Part shown: piece by piece, positions 1 to 10,412 of the stretch
How positions within the stretch are numbered: position 1 is the stretch's first letter
Layout of the letters: each line of letters begins with the position of its first letter
NCBI GenBank assembly: GCA_965285935.1
Contig: CBDIWN010000045.1
Span: forward strand, 1 to 64,000
From: Ophelia neglecta
Lineage: Eukaryota
Reading direction: 5' to 3'
Length of the DNA: 64,000 nucleotides
Notes under the pieces: model-generated
The model's database searches: none
The model's input: the letters and a program-made list of their open reading frames with translations, nothing else
Told to the model about the DNA's origin: nothing
Program-made: the position numbers and the translations under genes

Positions 1-250
1 GGGGGGGGCGGGGTGGGAGGGGGGGTAGGCCTGGGGGGGGTAGGGCTGGGGGGGTAGGGTTGGGGGGGGTAGGGCTGGGGGGGTGGGGGGGCTGGGTGGG
101 GGGGTAGGGCTGGGGGGGGGGCTGGGGGGGGGGGGAGCTGGGGCTAGGGATGGGGGTCGGGCTGGGGCTGTGGGACTGGGGCTGGAGGGGTGGGGCTGGA
201 GCCCTGGTTTGGGGCTGGGCGCTGGTTTGTGGCTGGGGCTGGGCTGGGAA
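1..250 (+). repeat. G-rich low-complexity repeat (GGGGCT/GGGTA), G-quadruplex-prone, intronic
   Basis: Dense G runs. Confidence 0.8.
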
Positions 251-563
251 GGGCGTGAGGAGAACCCCAAACACCTTTCTCCGTAGAAACATTTATTCTA
301 CAATCTCTGTTGCCCTTTCAGCAAGACAGCATATCTCCGCCCCTCCCTACACACCCACCCCAAACCCACGCCATCCCACCTTCCAGACCCACCTTTTTAA
401 GGTACGGGGACTAAGAATATAGTTTCCATACCAAATAGTTATGAAAGCTTAACTTAAATGTGTGTTTAAGTAAAGAAAAAGTTAAACACAACACTTTAAT
501 TTACTTATTTATTAGAGTTAACCGGTAAACCGAATCACTCACTACCTGTCTGATCTGTTTCAG

Positions 564-630
564 GGCGCCGCCGTATAAAAACGACAGTTCTGTGATGGGG
601 CTCTCCAAGGACGACAAGGGCAGCACTGCG
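564..630 (+). CDS. BMI1: PCGF2/4 (BMI1/Psc-like) gene 1, internal coding exon (linker within RAWUL region; xAPPYKNDSSVMGLSKDDKGSTA)
   Basis: tttcag acceptor at 563 and gt donor at 631. The 67-nt open frame ends in phase 0 and joins the next exon in frame. Position matches the short variable exon before the 'KRYLRCPAA' exon of BMI1. Sequence is not conserved, so confidence is lower. Confidence 0.6.
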
Positions 631-817
631 GTCGGTTTTCTCTTTACACTCTACCTGATCACACAAAAACCTTTCCAAATCATTTTGGTGTATTTTGCTA
701 AACTTTGAATTTGCCTATCCCCCAGTAGTAATAAAAATAAACAGTTTTATCTTAAAAATACAAAGTTATCCCACTTAGAAGGACATTCTTTGTTATTCTA
801 CCATCTTTGTCTGACAG

Positions 818-916
818 ACGGTTGACCGCCGATTCCTATTGTGTCCTGCCGCCCTAACAATAGGCAATCTCAAGAAATTCATCCGCCTCAAATTCGAACT
901 ACCTTCTGACTTCCAG
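818..916 (+). CDS. BMI1: PCGF2/4 gene 1, RAWUL exon (TVDRRFLLCPAALTIGNLKKFIRLKFELPSDFQ)
   Basis: cag/gtaaat boundaries, 99 nt. Translation aligns by eye to BMI1 '[31 protein letters not shown]'. Confidence 0.93.
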
Positions 917-1084
917 GTAAATATCTAGTGTATATATGTATATATATATATACATACATAGAGGGCAATAATAATGAATTTATCTCAATGTCAGTAAGAT
1001 GGAACAGAAACAGTTAATACAAACGACACACAAGAAGTAAAAAAACATGGAGAATGAAATCAACCACGTGACTCAGTCAAATGA

Positions 1085-1252
1085 CAGTAAAACCTGCCTT
1101 AAATACTACCTCTATATTCTGACCACCTGCCAATTCAGACCACTAGTATGAAGTACAGTTTCCATATTTAATGACCTGTCCAAACAGACCGCCTCAAAAA
1201 TAAGACCACCTCTACCCAGTCCTTGAGTGGTCTCAATTCACAGGTTTCACTG
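1085..1252. mobile_element. MITE family A (Tc1/mariner-pogo-type; TIR CAGTRAAACCTG)
   Basis: cagtaaaacctg...caggtttcactg+ta, with internal AGACCACC subrepeats shared with other copies. Confidence 0.85.
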
Positions 1253-1614
1253 TACATTATCACATATATGAAGGTTTTAAGGTAGCAAATGGTTGAAGCC
1301 TCAGTTAATGTTTATCAAGACATGACATTATACTCACAGCGGTGCCTAAATTAGCAGCCGACATTTGAGCATTTAAAGTCCTAACTTTTATTTATTTATT
1401 TATTTATTGAATTTCTTTACCCTGGGTAGCCCTATCAGTTTACAACTGTTATTCATAGGGGCCCAGCTTACAATGTACACGTGAAAGTATTATTAACAGT
1501 ATGTATATGTTCAGTATTTATAATATTTACAGTATATACAATAACTATGACCTTTGACCTAACTTTGACATCTATTTGACCTAATATTCCGCTTCCCTTC
1601 TATTTTCCATTAAG

Positions 1615-1695
1615 ATTGAAGTGTACCACTCAGACGAGAGCCTGAATGATGATTACACATTGATTGACGTGGCCTATATCTACGCGTGGAAACGG
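1615..1695 (+). CDS. BMI1: PCGF2/4 gene 1, RAWUL exon (IEVYHSDESLNDDYTLIDVAYIYAWKR)
   Basis: taag/gtaagc boundaries, 81 nt. Matches BMI1 '[27 protein letters not shown]'. Confidence 0.93.
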
Positions 1696-2705
1696 GTAAG
1701 CTTTGGCTATACTACTTACGAATATAATAGGTGTGAAGGGCGCATCCGGTTATCCAAAAGCTACCGTTACAACGTATTTTTCAAGTCATATTTGGGGTGG
1801 GAGGGGGGGGGGGAAGGGGTATTTCCGCCACTCGGGATCGGCCTTTAATTATACGTGAACTTGGAATTTAAGGTTTAGTTTCTTGTGAATGGGGATTCTA
1901 CAATTGATTCGGGATCAAAGATATCAATTTGCTGGGACAAGGGAATGTTTTGTTTAATTTCCCGTGACTAGGGAATCACTATTTCAATTTATCGAGAAGC
2001 GGGAAATACCTTCTTTCCTAATGGCATGAAAAATGCAGACTTTAAACATCCGTGATTCGGGATTTGCCCGTTTTTCAAACTGGGAACTGGGAACGGGGAC
2101 TTCCCCTCCCCCCACACCCCCCACCCCCACCCCCACCCCCAACCTCCCCTCATATTTGTAAAAGTTCGTTCAGAATCAGGTCATATATCCTTTTGAGGGC
2201 AAATCTCTGTGTAATTAATGCTTCAAAATTCACACTATAAATCAGCTAGCACGGTATACGCAGTTCTCCAACACTATTTTTTTATACCCTATGTAAACAC
2301 AACCATGTGCTCTTCTCTTTTCACTACGGCGTTGTTCATGAAAACACGTAGAAAAGTTCGCCAGAAATCTTATTATTGTCTTGTATATTGCCACCTAGCG
2401 GTAAACTAACGACCAGACTTGTGGCAAGAAGTCCAAATTTGTCCATTATTCGCCTTAAATCAGAAAATTCGGGGAAAAATACAAATGTTACTGAGTGCCT
2501 GGACTCGTTTCGTCACATTCAGCTAGAGATTGGATATCTAATTGCCCCTTAATTCCTATAACTGAAAAAATCGCTGATTAAATATCGATGTATTAAATTT
2601 AAAAAAGATAACATAGAAGCATAATTGTTAACATGTTGATAGGGAGTATAAATTTTTCCCACTTGTCGTGATCTTGTGTTACATGTTGCTACTTTCACAC
2701 ACCAG

Positions 2706-5700
2706 GTGGAGCCGCTGAAGTTATTTTATCGGGTAAGAAGGCCTGCCGATGATAAGTGTGAACTTCCGGTGCAGGTTACGACGCATGCGCCCTCAGAACC
2801 ATCGTCCGCCGGAAAGAGAAAACACGAGCCTGAGGTAACCCTGTCACATGACGTCAAGAGATCACGTGTAGAGATCCGCACAAACGAAAACGAGGCAAAA
2901 TATGACGTCATTGAGGAAGGCGGTGACGCTGACGCCAGTGCAGAGTCAAGTGACACCATCATTTATGATGGAAAGGATGTCGAGGGGAACCAAGACACGG
3001 ATCAGCCCGGTACGGACTGTCAGGGCGTCACCGAAACGCGGAGCACGGACCTTGATTCAGCGTCGAAAAACGGTGATGATTGTGAATATAAAATTAGCTT
3101 CAGGACGTTGGATGATAAGGAGGTAGAATCCGTAATCTGCAAGTCCGTGTTCACACGAACCGACACCGGCCCCATGGAGGACCAGACCGGACACGGTTGT
3201 TGTGATCAAGTTACAGAACAGTCGGCTGGTGTCGGAGCCACTGTGGTCAATGAGAGCCAAAACGCACCGAACCTGACTACAGGTGGCGAGGAGAACTCGA
3301 GCAGGGAGAGTGTCAGGCAAGACGCCCGCCTTCCAGAAACGATGGGCCCTAGTAACGAAGGAGAACCAAAAAATATATTTACAATAATGTCCAAGGTGCG
3401 GTCCATTGCGCCCAAGCCGGGAGCGGAGTCTATGGCGGTGATCCCGGCCGAGGGCACCGTGTGTCCTGCCCCGTCGCTCTCCTCCCCGGTCGAGCCGCTG
3501 CCATTCTCCCGCTCCCCCGTCACTAAACCTGTCCTCACCCAGAAGAGACAGGGTTCCCTGCCCCCGATCACTATCAGTAAGCGATGGATACCTAATCAGG
3601 TGACCGTGCCCAAGGCCAGGCCGGTTACCGCTCCCGCCTCCCAGCCCAAGGCTCCGGACCTCGGCAGCGGGGGTCGTTCTCCGGGGGCCAAGCCGGCCAG
3701 CCCGGCGAGGAAACTGCTCCTGACGGGGGGCAACAGGGCTGTGCCGAGCTCACTCGCTAACACCATCGGTAGAAGTGCTTCCAGCGCCAAACACGACAAA
3801 CCCGCGGGCCTGGCTAACCCCTCGGGCCGGCACCTGTCCGCTCCTAGCCCGAGTACCCGCCCGGGCCTGGGGGATACCGGCCGGTCTGGGTCCACCTCCC
3901 GGCAGGGCACCCGCGATGTCCACAACAAACACACCGGCGGGCCAGTGTCCAACACCTGGCATAGTAACCCACCGGACCAGGCTTCAGGTGGTAGCCACTC
4001 CGACACCTCACAACCTCCCGGCCCTGTGCCTCCTGCCCCCATATCGAAGTCCCCTGTCTCCATATCTAAGGCCCTCCTCCCTTTGTGTAAAGTAACCTAT
4101 CCCCGTAAACTGGCCCCAAAGGGCAGTCCTAACAACGGCCATTTACACAGATCCCCCACCAGGACCTCGTCAAGCGCGCCTAACCCCGTCGGGGCCGGCC
4201 GCGGCAAGGCGCTGCCATCTAACTCCGGGGGCTTGGGTAGGGGTTCGCCTAACTACCGGGGGCTGTCTCCCAAGTTGGCTATGAGGGCATTGGGTGCAAG
4301 GGCAGTGCCCAAGACACCCGCTCCCCAGGCCGTAGTCATTCCAAGCGGGCTTAAGACCTTCACGGTGCGGCCGGGCACCTTCACGTCTCTTCAAAACGGG
4401 AGTATCCCCCTGTGTACCATGGCCCCCGCCCAGGTCCTGGCCACCCTGAGCGGCTCCAGGGGCACGGTGGTCATCACCAGCGGGGTGAAGATCCAGACAC
4501 CCCCTTCATCACCTACCTCCCCCTCCAAAGTCCTCAACAACTCCCTTCCCACAGGCCTCTCGGCCGTCATAGACAAGCTCTCCTACAGGAGTTCTAAAAC
4601 GCTGTCCTTCAACCCAGCTGCCAAGGTCACCGCGCATGGCAACTCAGCAGCTAATATCACTGCGCATGCTCCGGACTGCGGCTGCTCTCGGTGCAGAAGA
4701 GATCATTCTTCGGTACCTTCCACTTCTGCTGCTAAAACATTACCACGGTCGAAAATTCCCGGTTCAGACTCTCCTGAGTGTCATTCACGGGGGCCGAAAT
4801 CCCCGGGTTCAGACTCCCGTGAGGGTCAGTCACGGGGGCCGAAATCTCCGGGGAGAGCTTCTCCCAAGGGCCAGTTACAACGGCCGAAATCTCCGGCATC
4901 AGTGTCGCCGGGGAGTAATAGGAAGTCTCCCCAAGTGGGCACCTGCCTCATACCACAGCTGGGAAGGTCAGCGGCGCCCCCTGGGAACAAGAGCATGCTC
5001 CCCTCCAATGTGACAGCCTCAGCTAACATAGCATCCGCCTGTATGGTCTACTCGGCGCCAGGGGGAGGCTCTGTTCCCGCCTCTGGTCACCCTGCTTCTC
5101 CCTCCGTTATGGACACAGCGCCCCTGGCGTTCACTTCTGTCATCAGCTGCGGTGGTGTCTCTCTCGAGTATCAAACCGACTCGCAGTCGCCTACCGTACC
5201 CCCCAGCCCCAGTCCCGTGGCCAGTAGCCATGGAGCCGGCAGTAGCTCGCATGACCTGACGCCCAGTCAAAGTCCAGCACCTGAATGTACTACCATAAGG
5301 TCCGAATCAACAAATAAACATGGGTACATCCCAATACCCAATATTCAAATCGAGGGAGTACCTAGTCAGTCTACAGATATCAATATACAGACGCCTATTC
5401 AAACCTCTACGACCCCTATACAATGTGCACCGACGATACCCTCGTCTTCACCCAAAACCCCCGAGGCTATGTCAACCTCTACATTAACTGGGCAGTCCGA
5501 ACAGACTCCAGTCCTTACACCATTTGATAGCACCTCCTCCCCTTTACAGATCTCCACAGATCCCCTCAGTCAGAGTCTAACCACCAATGCGGCAGTAGAA
5601 AACTCGCTAGGACAGAGCTGTGACTCGCGAACTGCCTTGGATCTTCCCCGTCACGGCCATAGCCCTAAACCAGACCCGTCATCTCAGCCACCTGAACACC

Positions 5701-8516
5701 CCCAGGGCACTCCTCCCGACAGCCACATAACAGTACAGGCTGTACCCTCGGTAGCAGCGGCTCCGCCCTTTAGCAAGACAGTTTGCCCACCAATCACAGT
5801 GGCAGACGCTGCTGAGTCGCCTGTCGTCATGACACCGCTTGCCACACCCCTTCCAGGGACAGACACTGTGGACCTGCCCGTTACTGTGACAGAACCAGTG
5901 GTTTCAACCATCGCCTGTACTGAGGCTATAGCCCCGCCCCAAGCCTCGACAGAGGATGTAGCTCCGCCTCTAGCAGTGACTCGTCCTTTAACTCCGCCTC
6001 TCATCGGGACACAGATATTATCCCTTCCTCTGTGTATGCCCCAGCCTATGATGCCTTCTCTCGCCACAACCCAGCCAATGGCGCCACCCATCTCTTTGCC
6101 ACATACAGTGGCCCCGCCCCTCAACGAGAAAAACAATATGGCCCCGGCCCTCCCTCAGCAGACTTTAACGCCTCTCCCCACTCTGACGCACCCTGCGGCC
6201 ACCGATAGCTCTTCCCACAATGTGCTTACACCCCAGACACCGGCGCATTTAATGACTGAAGTTAAGACATTGGTTTCGGACCAGATGACGTCATCCCAAG
6301 CCTCGTCACAAACTTTGCCTTTCCCTAGCACGCCCATGTCTGTGGCGTCACCGATTGGAGAGGGGTCTGTCATGCCTTCCTCGTTACACCACCCTAGCCC
6401 CGCAGAATCCAGTCAACCAGAGTCTGTCACTCCTTACCCCACCACAGTGGCGCCTCTCCCAGACCTCGCTGCTCATGTAGCGACCCCGGCCTCTGCTCCT
6501 TACCCCATCGCAGTGGCGTCTCGGCCCGACCTCGCTCCCCAGGTATCCCTCCCGGGCTCTGCTCCTTACCCCATCGCAGTGGCGTCTCTCCCCGACCTCG
6601 CTGCTCATGTATCTCCCCCGGCCTCTGCTCCTTACCCCATCACAGTGGCATCTCGCCCCGACCTCGCTCCCCAGGTATCGCTCGCTTCTCCATACCACCA
6701 GCACTCTGTCTCTTCACTTTCTCCAGCCCCAGCGCTCGCTCCCACAACAAACACAGTAGTACGCTTTGCCGCCCCGTCTCCCCCCACACACGTATCCCTC
6801 GCCGCCCCGTCTCCCCCCACACACGTGACCCTCGCCGCCCCGTCTCCCCCCACACACGTGACCCTCGCCGCCCCGTCTCACCCCACACACGTATCTCTCG
6901 CCGCCCCGTCTCACCCCACACACGTGACCCTCGCCGCCCCGTCTCACCCCACACACGTGACCCTCGCCGCCCCATCGAACCCCACACACGCACCCCTCTC
7001 TACATGTTCCCCCACACCACACCCACTGCAGTATTCTGCCGAAAACACGGGGCTTATCATGTTGGCCAATGTGGCCCAAGGTGCTGCCAAGTCGCTGACC
7101 TGCCCGACAATGTTTAGCCCGGGGTCTTTTCCCACGTCTCCCATCATTCCTGGTCCTCCAGCCCTATCCCCAACTCGGGCGACACCCTTCACCATGCCCG
7201 TGAATTCGGTCCTGCACCCGCCTTCTTCCTCGAGCTCTGAATCCTTCGCCCTGCCCGGGACGGCGGTGGTTACGGCCCCTCCGGCCGTATCTTCTGGCCT
7301 CTCAAGGACCTTCTCCAAGCCAATGACCTCCGTGGTGCATTGTCCCCCGGTCGTGTCCACTAGGCCGCCAGGGGTCGCTGCCATACAAATGGTACCTCCT
7401 AGCTTGCCTTTGAGACCCTTGGCACCCCGCCCCCTGGTGGTCACTCTGTCTCCCGCCGGTGGTTTGGTTGCCCCGCCCGTGATGGTTTCCAAGACATCAG
7501 TTGAGACCCAGACGCAGACCTCTGATAGCTTAGAGGATATCCAAACGAGGTACTCCACCACTCACCCAGCATCCCCTCACGCCCCCCTCCCCAACCGACG
7601 TCTGTCAAATCACAAAGACTCCTCCCCCTCACACCAGACCACGCCTCCTCCCGCCTCCAACCCCGCCCACTACAACACAAACTCCGGTAACTCACCTCTT
7701 TATCACACTAGCTCTTCCTCTGCCCCCCACACCACCCGCCACATCGCTACACACAGAAACCCTTCGCCCTTGGAGAGTAAATACTCGTTATCACCTCTCC
7801 CAAATGACGTCATCAACGAGCAGGAGCCACCAATCAAACGGCTTAAAATGATGTGTCACGGCATAGACGCTGAGCAGTCACGTGAGCCACCTTGTTCGGT
7901 CGCCAATCAACCTCATAGGTCCACACTTCCAACTGCTCAGCGACAGCAGGCCAACGGAAGTCACGCTTCCGGTGGCCGAGCGTCTGATCCTCGGAGCTTG
8001 ACGCTAGGAGGCGCCCCGGATAGGTTTTCTCCACCCTCCTCGCTTGTTAGTAACCAATCGCCCCTCCAGAGGCCGCCTCTGGGTATCCACGGCCCTCGCG
8101 GTCCGATGGTAGCCCCGGTTGTTGCCATGATATCACATAGCAACCATTCCCACGCCCTCAGCCCTACACCCCAGAAATCTGTCGTCGGTAGCTGCACCCA
8201 GTCACCCCATTCCCCGCTTAACACAGCCTCAATCCATATCAACTCGCCGCCATTCTCTCCGCTCGTCGCCCCAGGCAACAGTGGTCGCTATAACAACAAT
8301 GTGCGTCACGGAGTCGCCCGTCCTATTCAAAACAACAACAATAACAATAAACGAGACATTATCGGGGTCAACCAACCGGAGAGCACCCTGCTGGCCAACG
8401 GATATGACGCGCCTCTTGAACTGACCACCAAACGCAGCCGGGACCGCAAGAAAGAGGAAATGCAGGGGACGACAACAAACTCTCCTATTATCGCTCCTCC
8501 TCCTCTACGATCCTGA
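2706..8516 (+). CDS. BMI1: PCGF2/4 gene 1, terminal exon: end of RAWUL (VEPLKLFYRVR) plus ~1,930-aa low-complexity Psc-like C-terminal region
   Basis: cag acceptor at 2705, in frame with the previous exon. VEPLKLFYRVRRP corresponds to BMI1 NGPLPLKYRVRP. Uninterrupted 5,811-nt frame to TGA; P/S/T-rich. Confidence 0.92.
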   Translation: MEPLKLFYRVRRPADDKCELPVQVTTHAPSEPSSAGKRKHEPEVTLSHDVKRSRVEIRTNENEAKYDVIEEGGDADASAESSDTIIYDGKDVEGNQDTDQPGTDCQGVTETRSTDLDSASKNGDDCEYKISFRTLDDKEVESVICKSVFTRTDTGPMEDQTGHGCCDQVTEQSAGVGATVVNESQNAPNLTTGGEENSSRESVRQDARLPETMGPSNEGEPKNIFTIMSKVRSIAPKPGAESMAVIPAEGTVCPAPSLSSPVEPLPFSRSPVTKPVLTQKRQGSLPPITISKRWIPNQVTVPKARPVTAPASQPKAPDLGSGGRSPGAKPASPARKLLLTGGNRAVPSSLANTIGRSASSAKHDKPAGLANPSGRHLSAPSPSTRPGLGDTGRSGSTSRQGTRDVHNKHTGGPVSNTWHSNPPDQASGGSHSDTSQPPGPVPPAPISKSPVSISKALLPLCKVTYPRKLAPKGSPNNGHLHRSPTRTSSSAPNPVGAGRGKALPSNSGGLGRGSPNYRGLSPKLAMRALGARAVPKTPAPQAVVIPSGLKTFTVRPGTFTSLQNGSIPLCTMAPAQVLATLSGSRGTVVITSGVKIQTPPSSPTSPSKVLNNSLPTGLSAVIDKLSYRSSKTLSFNPAAKVTAHGNSAANITAHAPDCGCSRCRRDHSSVPSTSAAKTLPRSKIPGSDSPECHSRGPKSPGSDSREGQSRGPKSPGRASPKGQLQRPKSPASVSPGSNRKSPQVGTCLIPQLGRSAAPPGNKSMLPSNVTASANIASACMVYSAPGGGSVPASGHPASPSVMDTAPLAFTSVISCGGVSLEYQTDSQSPTVPPSPSPVASSHGAGSSSHDLTPSQSPAPECTTIRSESTNKHGYIPIPNIQIEGVPSQSTDINIQTPIQTSTTPIQCAPTIPSSSPKTPEAMSTSTLTGQSEQTPVLTPFDSTSSPLQISTDPLSQSLTTNAAVENSLGQSCDSRTALDLPRHGHSPKPDPSSQPPEHPQGTPPDSHITVQAVPSVAAAPPFSKTVCPPITVADAAESPVVMTPLATPLPGTDTVDLPVTVTEPVVSTIACTEAIAPPQASTEDVAPPLAVTRPLTPPLIGTQILSLPLCMPQPMMPSLATTQPMAPPISLPHTVAPPLNEKNNMAPALPQQTLTPLPTLTHPAATDSSSHNVLTPQTPAHLMTEVKTLVSDQMTSSQASSQTLPFPSTPMSVASPIGEGSVMPSSLHHPSPAESSQPESVTPYPTTVAPLPDLAAHVATPASAPYPIAVASRPDLAPQVSLPGSAPYPIAVASLPDLAAHVSPPASAPYPITVASRPDLAPQVSLASPYHQHSVSSLSPAPALAPTTNTVVRFAAPSPPTHVSLAAPSPPTHVTLAAPSPPTHVTLAAPSHPTHVSLAAPSHPTHVTLAAPSHPTHVTLAAPSNPTHAPLSTCSPTPHPLQYSAENTGLIMLANVAQGAAKSLTCPTMFSPGSFPTSPIIPGPPALSPTRATPFTMPVNSVLHPPSSSSSESFALPGTAVVTAPPAVSSGLSRTFSKPMTSVVHCPPVVSTRPPGVAAIQMVPPSLPLRPLAPRPLVVTLSPAGGLVAPPVMVSKTSVETQTQTSDSLEDIQTRYSTTHPASPHAPLPNRRLSNHKDSSPSHQTTPPPASNPAHYNTNSGNSPLYHTSSSSAPHTTRHIATHRNPSPLESKYSLSPLPNDVINEQEPPIKRLKMMCHGIDAEQSREPPCSVANQPHRSTLPTAQRQQANGSHASGGRASDPRSLTLGGAPDRFSPPSSLVSNQSPLQRPPLGIHGPRGPMVAPVVAMISHSNHSHALSPTPQKSVVGSCTQSPHSPLNTASIHINSPPFSPLVAPGNSGRYNNNVRHGVARPIQNNNNNNKRDIIGVNQPESTLLANGYDAPLELTTKRSRDRKKEEMQGTTTNSPIIAPPPLRS
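6432..6693 (+). repeat. Coding tandem repeat, 66-bp/22-aa unit x4 (PYPxxVAxxPDLAxxVxxPxSA), alternating A-B-A-B
   Basis: ccttacccc recurs at 6432, 6498, 6564 and 6630. Confidence 0.9.
6766..6990 (+). repeat. Coding tandem repeat, 33-bp/11-aa unit x~7 (AAPSxPTHV(S/T)L)
   Basis: Near-identical direct repeats in DNA and protein. Confidence 0.92.
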
Positions 8517-9574
8517 AAAAACTGAATGGGTCAATGCAATACGATTATCAACAAATAATATCTGAACAATGATTAATATCCGGAAAATAATAGTGGTACA
8601 GGGTACCCAGATGATATCTTTAATCTTATCAGGACTTTTATAGTTAGCCATTGTCACATTTTGCTTGGTTTCGCTTTGTTTATCTATGTTAGATTATATT
8701 AAATCATGAAGTCTCGTGAGAAGCCTGTAGACATTCATCACTACCATCATACCCCACTCTGTCTACTGGCTGATTGGCAAGGCCTCACCAAAGTAAGGAA
8801 TTATAAGGCTTTAGCTGTTTTAAGGCATATACTAGTTTACTATATAATTTTAATGCGCCATTGAAGATTTGATGCCGCTGGCTTGCTCGGTTTTACTTCC
8901 ATGTTACGTTGTTCAATGACTTTAAAAAAGGAGATTTAGTTTGATTTTTGTTACTAATTTTTGAGAATTCTTGAAGAATGGTTATTGATTTGATTGTTAA
9001 CAGCGATTTATTTTAATCGAGTGTATTGTGATGTGCCTGTTGTGATATCTAAGATGTAGGGATGACGTGAGAATGACTTGAACTTTAAACTGTGACCTTT
9101 GATCTGTGACCTCACTTTGTCACCTTGACCTCGAAATCAGCCATCCGTGTCGGTCTAGGGTAAAAGACAGTTTTTATATGTGTATTTAACCGAACAGGGC
9201 CTAGATTTAGAATTATGTCAAATATATTAATGTATGCAGAGCATATTCCTGTACATAGCTAAAATATATCGCTTTGAACTAGAAAATATCAAATATGCTT
9301 GAGATTTGGAATTCTAAGTGCCATGTTTGGGCAAACCTAGGAATTCTTCGTTTCTCCCTGACGCTCCAAGTGACGTCATATGTGTATATGTTGTCACGTG
9401 ACTTATGCATGTATCACGTGACGCTTTGCTACGGTTTTCTATGTAAGGGAGAATTTCTTTTATTTGGCCTCTTTACATGTTACCGCGGCTCACCTTATTA
9501 TTTTCCTTGGTGGCAAATTAACTCTCCGTTCTCGTGAATAATCGCTGTACCAATGAATGTACATCACCCATTGA

Positions 9575-9670
9575 TATTAATGTATAAGTAGTATTAATGT
9601 ATAAGTAGTATTAATGTATTAGTAGTATTAATGTATTAGTAGTATTAATGTATTAGTAGTATTAATGTAT
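9575..9670. repeat. 17-bp tandem repeat (attaatgtat(a/t)agtagt) x~5 in putative 3' UTR
   Basis: Direct repeats visible. Confidence 0.85.
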
Positions 9671-10412
9671 TTGTTTTTTCTTGATGTTGTTATATGATTT
9701 TGTTTGTACATGAGAGATTATTGACAATACGGAGAGATGGTTTGTGAATTCCAAGGGCCACTGGCGGGTGTAGGGTGTGGATGGGGGTGGGAAGAGGGGT
9801 ACGGGTGTCAGGACCCCCTTATTCCAGGTTCACTCTGGGAGGGGGTCTCCAGGCTGTGAGGTGGGTGTGCCTCCCATGGGATCTGGAAGTCTACATCCAA
9901 GATCCTCCTGTAGGTGGAGCCACCCACCTAGCACACACACCATGACAGAGAGTCCCCTCTGGGAGGGTCACCCATACCACACTCTGGCCGCGATAGGGGA
10001 CTCTAAGTGGGTCCACCCCTCCCCAACCCTCAGCATGATAGGGGACCCCCGCTCTGTGAGGGCGCCACTCATTCAACACAACCATATCCCCCTGTAGACG
10101 GAGCCACCCATCCCACACCCTCACAAGTTAAGACCCCTCCCCCAATCCCACACTCTCACCCAATGGAGCCCCCCCCCTCCCCCCGCTCCCCCACCCAACC
10201 CTCACACACCCTCCAGATAAAGGTAGAGCCTCGTTTTGACGTAGAATCTCGGTCAATGACCTAGATTATGCCTGTCTGACATGCAGCCACCTAATTTTTA
10301 AGTTGTCCTAAAACGAGCTGTATGATATATATACGAACTATGTGGTGCTTCGCTGACTATATATTGTATGTTTATCTTACTGTTATGTGGAGATCTTATG
10401 AAGGTCCATTCA

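Noticed and set aside
2676-2705. ORF-track start (MLHVATFTHQ) of the 1946-aa ORF
   Set aside because: It is a GTG-start intronic extension. The real exon begins after the CAG at 2705, in frame with upstream RAWUL exons.
2726-8278. Many short antisense and alternate-frame ORFs overlapping the large exon
   Set aside because: Shadow ORFs of a GC-rich, repetitive coding exon, with no recognisable domains.
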